Shown one piece after another: positions 59,809 to 64,000 of a stretch of DNA of 64,000 bases; position 1 is the stretch's first letter, and every line of letters begins with the position of its first letter. A program made the translations under genes and the position numbers. Source of the DNA: Betaproteobacteria bacterium (lineage in GTDB: Bacteria > Pseudomonadota > Gammaproteobacteria > Burkholderiales > SG8-41). The notes under the pieces were generated by a model. That model was not told the origin of the DNA. It made no database searches and saw only the letters and a list, made by a program, of their open reading frames with translations. The stretch covers positions 29,260 through 93,259 of the forward strand of contig CANJQI010000001.1 in assembly GCA_947476215.1 (NCBI GenBank). The letters run 5' to 3'.

Positions 59809-62800
59809 AAGAACCGACATCAAGAGCATACTGATCATAGGCGCCGGCCCCATCGTGATCGGCCAGGCCTGCGAGTTCGACTATTCCGGTGCGCAGGCGT
59901 GCAAGGCGCTGCGTGAGGAAGGCTATCGCGTGATACTGGTGAATTCGAATCCCGCGACCATCATGACCGATCCCAACATGGCGGATGCAACCTACATCGA
60001 GCCCGTGACCTGGCGCATGGTCGAGAAAGTGATCGCGATTGAGCGTCCGGACGCGTTGTTGCCGACCATGGGCGGACAGACAGCGCTGAATTGCGCGCTC
60101 GATCTCGCCAAACACGGCGTGCTCGATAAGTATGGCGTGGAAATGATAGGCGCGAAGAAGGAGGCCATCGACAAGGCAGAGGACCGCGAAAAGTTCAAGC
60201 AGGCGATGAGCAGGATAGGTCTGGACAGTGCACGTTCCGCGATTGCACACAGCCTCGAAGAGGCGCTGCAGGTGCAGGCGGTGGTCGGGTTCCCCACCAT
60301 CATCCGGCCCTCGTTTACTCTCGGCGGAACCGGTGGCGGTATCGCCTACAACCGCGAGGAATTCCTGGCGATATGCGAGCGCGGGCTGGACGCGTCGCCG
60401 ACCAAGGAAGTGCTGATCGAGGAATCGGTCATAGGCTGGAAAGAATTCGAGATGGAGGTGGTGCGCGACCGCAAGGACAACTGCATCATCATCTGCTCGA
60501 TAGAAAACATCGACCCGATGGGCGTGCATACCGGCGATTCGATCACCGTGGCCCCGGCGCAGACGTTGACCGACAAGGAATACCAGATCATGCGCAACGC
60601 ATCGATCGCGTGCCTGCGCGAGATCGGCGTCGACACCGGTGGTTCCAATGTGCAGTTCGCGATCAATCCGGACGACGGCCGCATGTTGGTGATCGAGATG
60701 AATCCGCGCGTGTCGCGTTCTTCCGCGCTGGCGTCCAAGGCCACGGGATTTCCGATAGCCAAGGTCGCCGCCAAGCTTGCGGTCGGTTACACGCTCGACG
60801 AATTGCGCAATGAAATTACCGGCGGAGCGACGCCGGCATCGTTCGAACCGACCATAGATTACGTGGTGACCAAGGTGCCGCGCTTCGCGTTCGAAAAATT
60901 TCCTCAAGCCAACGACAGACTCACGACGCAGATGAAGTCGGTTGGCGAGGTGATGGCGATCGGGCGCACCTTTCAGGAATCGTTTCAGAAGGCATTGCGC
61001 GGACTGGAAGTCGGCGTCGATGGACTCAACCAGAAAACAACGGATCGCGAGACGATAGAGAAAGAACTCGGTGAACCCGGGCCGGAACGCATATGGTATG
61101 TCGGCGATGCGCTGGCGAACGGATTCACCCTCGAAGAGGTCTTTCAGCTTACAAAGATTGACCGCTGGTTTCTGGCGCAAATCAAGGAGATCGTCGATCT
61201 CGAAATGGAACTTGATGACCGCAAGCTGGCGGATATCGATGCGGACATGATGCGCATGCTCAAGCGCAAGGGATTTGCCGACCGCAGGCTGGCGTATCTG
61301 ACGAAATCCAGCGAGGCCGAGATTCGCACGCTCCGCCACGGCTTCGGCATACGGCCGGTTTACAAACGGGTGGATACCTGCGCCGCGGAGTTCTCGACCA
61401 ATACCGCCTATATGTATTCGACTTACGAGGAAGAGTGCGAGTCCGCGCCGTCCGCTCGCAGGAAAGTCATGGTGCTGGGCGGCGGTCCCAACCGCATCGG
61501 TCAGGGTATCGAATTCGATTATTGCTGCGTGCATGCCGCGCTGGCGCTGCGCGAGGATGGTTTTGAGACCATCATGGTCAACTGCAATCCGGAGACGGTG
61601 TCGACCGATTACGACACATCGGACCGCTTATACTTCGAACCGCTGACGCTGGAAGACGTGCTCGAGATTGTGCACGTCGAGAAACCGTATGGCGTCATCG
61701 TCCAGTACGGCGGCCAGACACCGCTCAAACTCGCGCGTGATCTCGAGGCGAACGGCGTGCCTATCATCGGTACTTCGCCCGACTCGATCGATATCGCGGA
61801 AGACCGCGAGCGCTTTCAAAAGCTGCTCCACAAACTCAAGCTCAAACAGCCGCCCAATCGCACGGCGCGCAGCGCCGCCAAGGCGCTCGCGCTGGCGGGC
61901 GAAATCGGCTATCCGCTGGTGGTGCGTCCCTCCTACGTGCTCGGCGGCCGCGCCATGGAGATTGTGCATGAACAAAGCGATCTGGAACGCTACATGCGCG
62001 AGGCGGTCAAGGTATCCAATGACTCGCCGGTGCTGCTCGACCGCTTCCTGAATGATGCGACGGAGGTGGATGTCGACGCCATCTGTGACGGCAAGCAGGT
62101 GTTGATAGGCGGCATCATGGAGCATATCGAGCAGGCCGGTGTGCACTCCGGCGACTCGGCGTGTTCGCTGCCGCCGTTCAGCCTGTCGCCGGAAGTGCAG
62201 GACGAATTGCGCCGTCAGACCACCGTCATGGCGCATGCGTTGAAGGTGGTGGGGCTGATGAACGTTCAGTTCGCGATCCAGAAGCAAGGCCAGCAGGACG
62301 TTATCTACGTGCTGGAAGTCAATCCGCGCGCATCACGTACCGTGCCGTTTGTATCCAAGGCGACCGGACTGGCGCTCGCCAAGATCGCTGCCCGCTGCAT
62401 GGCGGGAACGAGTTTGGCGGAGCAGGGTGTATTGAAGGAAGTCGTGCCGCCCTATTTTTCAGTCAAGGAAGCGGTGTTTCCGTTCATCAAGTTTCCGGGG
62501 GCGGATACCATACTCGGTCCGGAAATGAAGTCGACCGGAGAAGTCATGGGCGTGGGCGCGAGCTTTGGCGAGGCGTTCATAAAATCGCAGCTAGGCGCGG
62601 GGGACAGGCTGCCGGTTTCGGGCAAGGTATTTGTCAGTGTGCGCAATGCCGACAAAGCGGGCGCCGTCGAAATAGGCCGGGCGTTGCTGGAGCTGGGCTT
62701 CAGTCTGGTTGCGACACGCGGCACGGCCGCGGCGCTGACGGCCGGCGGCCTCGGTGTGACGCCCATCAATAAAGTTGACGAAGGCAGACCGCACATACTG

Positions 62801-63031
62801 GATATGATCAAGAACGGCGAGATTGCGCTGATCGTCAACACCGTTGAGGACAAGCGCAGCGCAATGCGTGATTCTTATGTGATACGGCGCGCCGCGCTTC
62901 AGGGTCGCATTACGCTCTATACAACGCTGGCCGGTGCGCGGGCGGCATGCACCGGCATGCAGCAATCGCGGGAATTAAAACCGTATGACGTGCAGGGATT
63001 GCATGTGCGAATTCGTGACTCAATTCATTAA
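59801..63031 (+). CDS. carB: carbamoyl-phosphate synthase large subunit
   Basis: 1076 aa with a duplicated ATP-grasp architecture. [30 protein letters not shown] and the second copy [24 protein letters not shown]. Confidence 0.97.
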   Translation: MPKRTDIKSILIIGAGPIVIGQACEFDYSGAQACKALREEGYRVILVNSNPATIMTDPNMADATYIEPVTWRMVEKVIAIERPDALLPTMGGQTALNCALDLAKHGVLDKYGVEMIGAKKEAIDKAEDREKFKQAMSRIGLDSARSAIAHSLEEALQVQAVVGFPTIIRPSFTLGGTGGGIAYNREEFLAICERGLDASPTKEVLIEESVIGWKEFEMEVVRDRKDNCIIICSIENIDPMGVHTGDSITVAPAQTLTDKEYQIMRNASIACLREIGVDTGGSNVQFAINPDDGRMLVIEMNPRVSRSSALASKATGFPIAKVAAKLAVGYTLDELRNEITGGATPASFEPTIDYVVTKVPRFAFEKFPQANDRLTTQMKSVGEVMAIGRTFQESFQKALRGLEVGVDGLNQKTTDRETIEKELGEPGPERIWYVGDALANGFTLEEVFQLTKIDRWFLAQIKEIVDLEMELDDRKLADIDADMMRMLKRKGFADRRLAYLTKSSEAEIRTLRHGFGIRPVYKRVDTCAAEFSTNTAYMYSTYEEECESAPSARRKVMVLGGGPNRIGQGIEFDYCCVHAALALREDGFETIMVNCNPETVSTDYDTSDRLYFEPLTLEDVLEIVHVEKPYGVIVQYGGQTPLKLARDLEANGVPIIGTSPDSIDIAEDRERFQKLLHKLKLKQPPNRTARSAAKALALAGEIGYPLVVRPSYVLGGRAMEIVHEQSDLERYMREAVKVSNDSPVLLDRFLNDATEVDVDAICDGKQVLIGGIMEHIEQAGVHSGDSACSLPPFSLSPEVQDELRRQTTVMAHALKVVGLMNVQFAIQKQGQQDVIYVLEVNPRASRTVPFVSKATGLALAKIAARCMAGTSLAEQGVLKEVVPPYFSVKEAVFPFIKFPGADTILGPEMKSTGEVMGVGASFGEAFIKSQLGAGDRLPVSGKVFVSVRNADKAGAVEIGRALLELGFSLVATRGTAAALTAGGLGVTPINKVDEGRPHILDMIKNGEIALIVNTVEDKRSAMRDSYVIRRAALQGRITLYTTLAGARAACTGMQQSRELKPYDVQGLHVRIRDSIH

Positions 63032-63042
63032 CAGGTGGGAAT

Positions 63043-63519
63043 ATGGCTAAGACTCCGTTGACGATCATAGGCGCGGAAAAAATGCGCGTGGAACTTCATG
63101 ATCTCAAAACCGTGAAACGGCCGGCTATTGTTGCCGCGATTGCCGAGGCGCGCGCGCATGGCGACCTTTCTGAAAACGCCGAATATGCCGCGGCCAAGGA
63201 ACGGCAGAGCTTCATTGAGGGCCGCATTGCCGAACTGGAAAGCAAGCTGTCCAATTCCCAGATCATCGATCCGGCGCTTCTAGACGCTGATGGACGTTGT
63301 GTGTTTGGCGCCACCATCGATCTCGAGGACATGAGCAGCGGTGAGACGGTAACGTACCAGATCGTCGGCGACGACGAAGCCGACATCAAGCACGGCAAGA
63401 TATCGATCAGTTCGCCGATTGCACGGGCGTTGATAGGCAAATCGGAAGGGGATGTCGCAGAAGTCCATGCGCCTGGCGGTGTGCGCGAGTACGAAGTGCT
63501 GAAAGTGAAATATATCTAG
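63043..63519 (+). CDS. greA: transcription elongation factor GreA
   Basis: [24 protein letters not shown] coiled-coil motif; 158 aa. Confidence 0.95.
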   Translation: MAKTPLTIIGAEKMRVELHDLKTVKRPAIVAAIAEARAHGDLSENAEYAAAKERQSFIEGRIAELESKLSNSQIIDPALLDADGRCVFGATIDLEDMSSGETVTYQIVGDDEADIKHGKISISSPIARALIGKSEGDVAEVHAPGGVREYEVLKVKYI

Positions 63520-63529
63520 CGGCGGTGCG

Positions 63530-63985
63530 ATGAAAACCATCGCCGAAGCACTCTACGCTGTTGCCATCACGCTGTGGATAGGTGGCATGTGGACAATAGG
63601 CTATTTGGTCGCGCCCGTGCTGTTTACGCTTTCCGATCGCGTACTGGCAGGCAGTTTGGCGGGCAAGCTGTTCACGCTGATATCCTATGTCGGCATGGGA
63701 TGTGCCGCGTATCTGGTGCTGTTTCGTCTCGGCCGTTTTGGCGGCAGCTGTTTCAAGCAGGGCGCATTCTGGATTATCCTGTTGATGCTGGGGTTGGTGC
63801 TGGTCGGCGAATATGGCGTGCAGCCGCTGCTCGCCAGCCTCAAGAACCAGGCGCTGCCCAGGGAAGTGATGGAAAGCGTGTTCCGTGACCGCTTTTCCAC
63901 ATGGCACGGCGTCGCCAGCGTACTTTATTTGATCGAGAGCGTGCTAGGCGCCATACTGGTTTGGTTGCAGGCGCGGACGCGCTGA
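63530..63985 (+). CDS. DUF4149-type four-TM membrane protein
   Basis: 151-aa membrane protein (ALYAVAITLWIGGMWTIGYLVAPVLF...), the family often found next to greA. Confidence 0.7.
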   Translation: MKTIAEALYAVAITLWIGGMWTIGYLVAPVLFTLSDRVLAGSLAGKLFTLISYVGMGCAAYLVLFRLGRFGGSCFKQGAFWIILLMLGLVLVGEYGVQPLLASLKNQALPREVMESVFRDRFSTWHGVASVLYLIESVLGAILVWLQARTR

Positions 63986-64000
63986 CCTCAGCGCTGAAAG

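Noticed and set aside
59633-61534. 633-aa ORF on the minus strand, one of the longest in the track
   Set aside because: It lies entirely antisense to carB, whose plus-strand product is unmistakable. The translation is Arg/His/Gly-rich with no recognisable domain, a typical GC-rich shadow ORF.

Overview
A moderately GC-rich chromosomal backbone segment, betaproteobacterial in gene content and order. About 55 genes are densely packed and almost all are housekeeping. Left to right: thyA (partial), a secreted hydrolase, an M17 aminopeptidase, an MFS-acyltransferase fusion and a DUF349 protein. Next comes a short decayed patch holding an IS1595-family transposase remnant, a truncated Ser/Thr kinase and a possible OMP tail. 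Then a split permease pair, aroC, an MFS transporter and a frameshifted Bug/TctC receptor. The classical block follows: leuC-(entericidin)-leuD-leuB-asd-fimV-truA-trpFBA-accD-folC-dedD-cvpA-purF-metZ. After it come a Bug receptor, lpxH-ppiB-ppiA, an L,D-transpeptidase with a TPR partner, cysS and a NupC-type transporter. A co-directional cluster of unclear logic follows (malonyl-CoA decarboxylase, CoxG, TylF-type methyltransferase, TPR-GT41 glycosyltransferase), with xdhC transcribed divergently from it. The heat-shock and repair block is dnaJ-dnaK-grpE, yvlD-hemH, hrcA, nadK and recN. The window ends with fur, bamE, dapB, carAB, greA and a DUF4149 protein. I saw no rRNA, tRNA or CRISPR. The most interesting item is a two-gene module between recN and fur. 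Two same-frame ORFs in the track are separated only by one TGA (55210-55212). Read through, they give a 178-aa protein with a U-G-S-C motif, and a SECIS-like hairpin starts exactly 11 nt after the UGA, so this is a probable selenoprotein. It is translationally coupled to a 371-aa protein of unknown function. Other items: a recurring family of 7-nt-periodic, G-poor tracts just upstream of many start codons in place of a Shine-Dalgarno; an in-frame C11/G11 homopolymer in the L,D-transpeptidase gene; sigma-32-type promoters for grpE and dnaK; and an entericidin-like lipoprotein gene missed by the ORF track.
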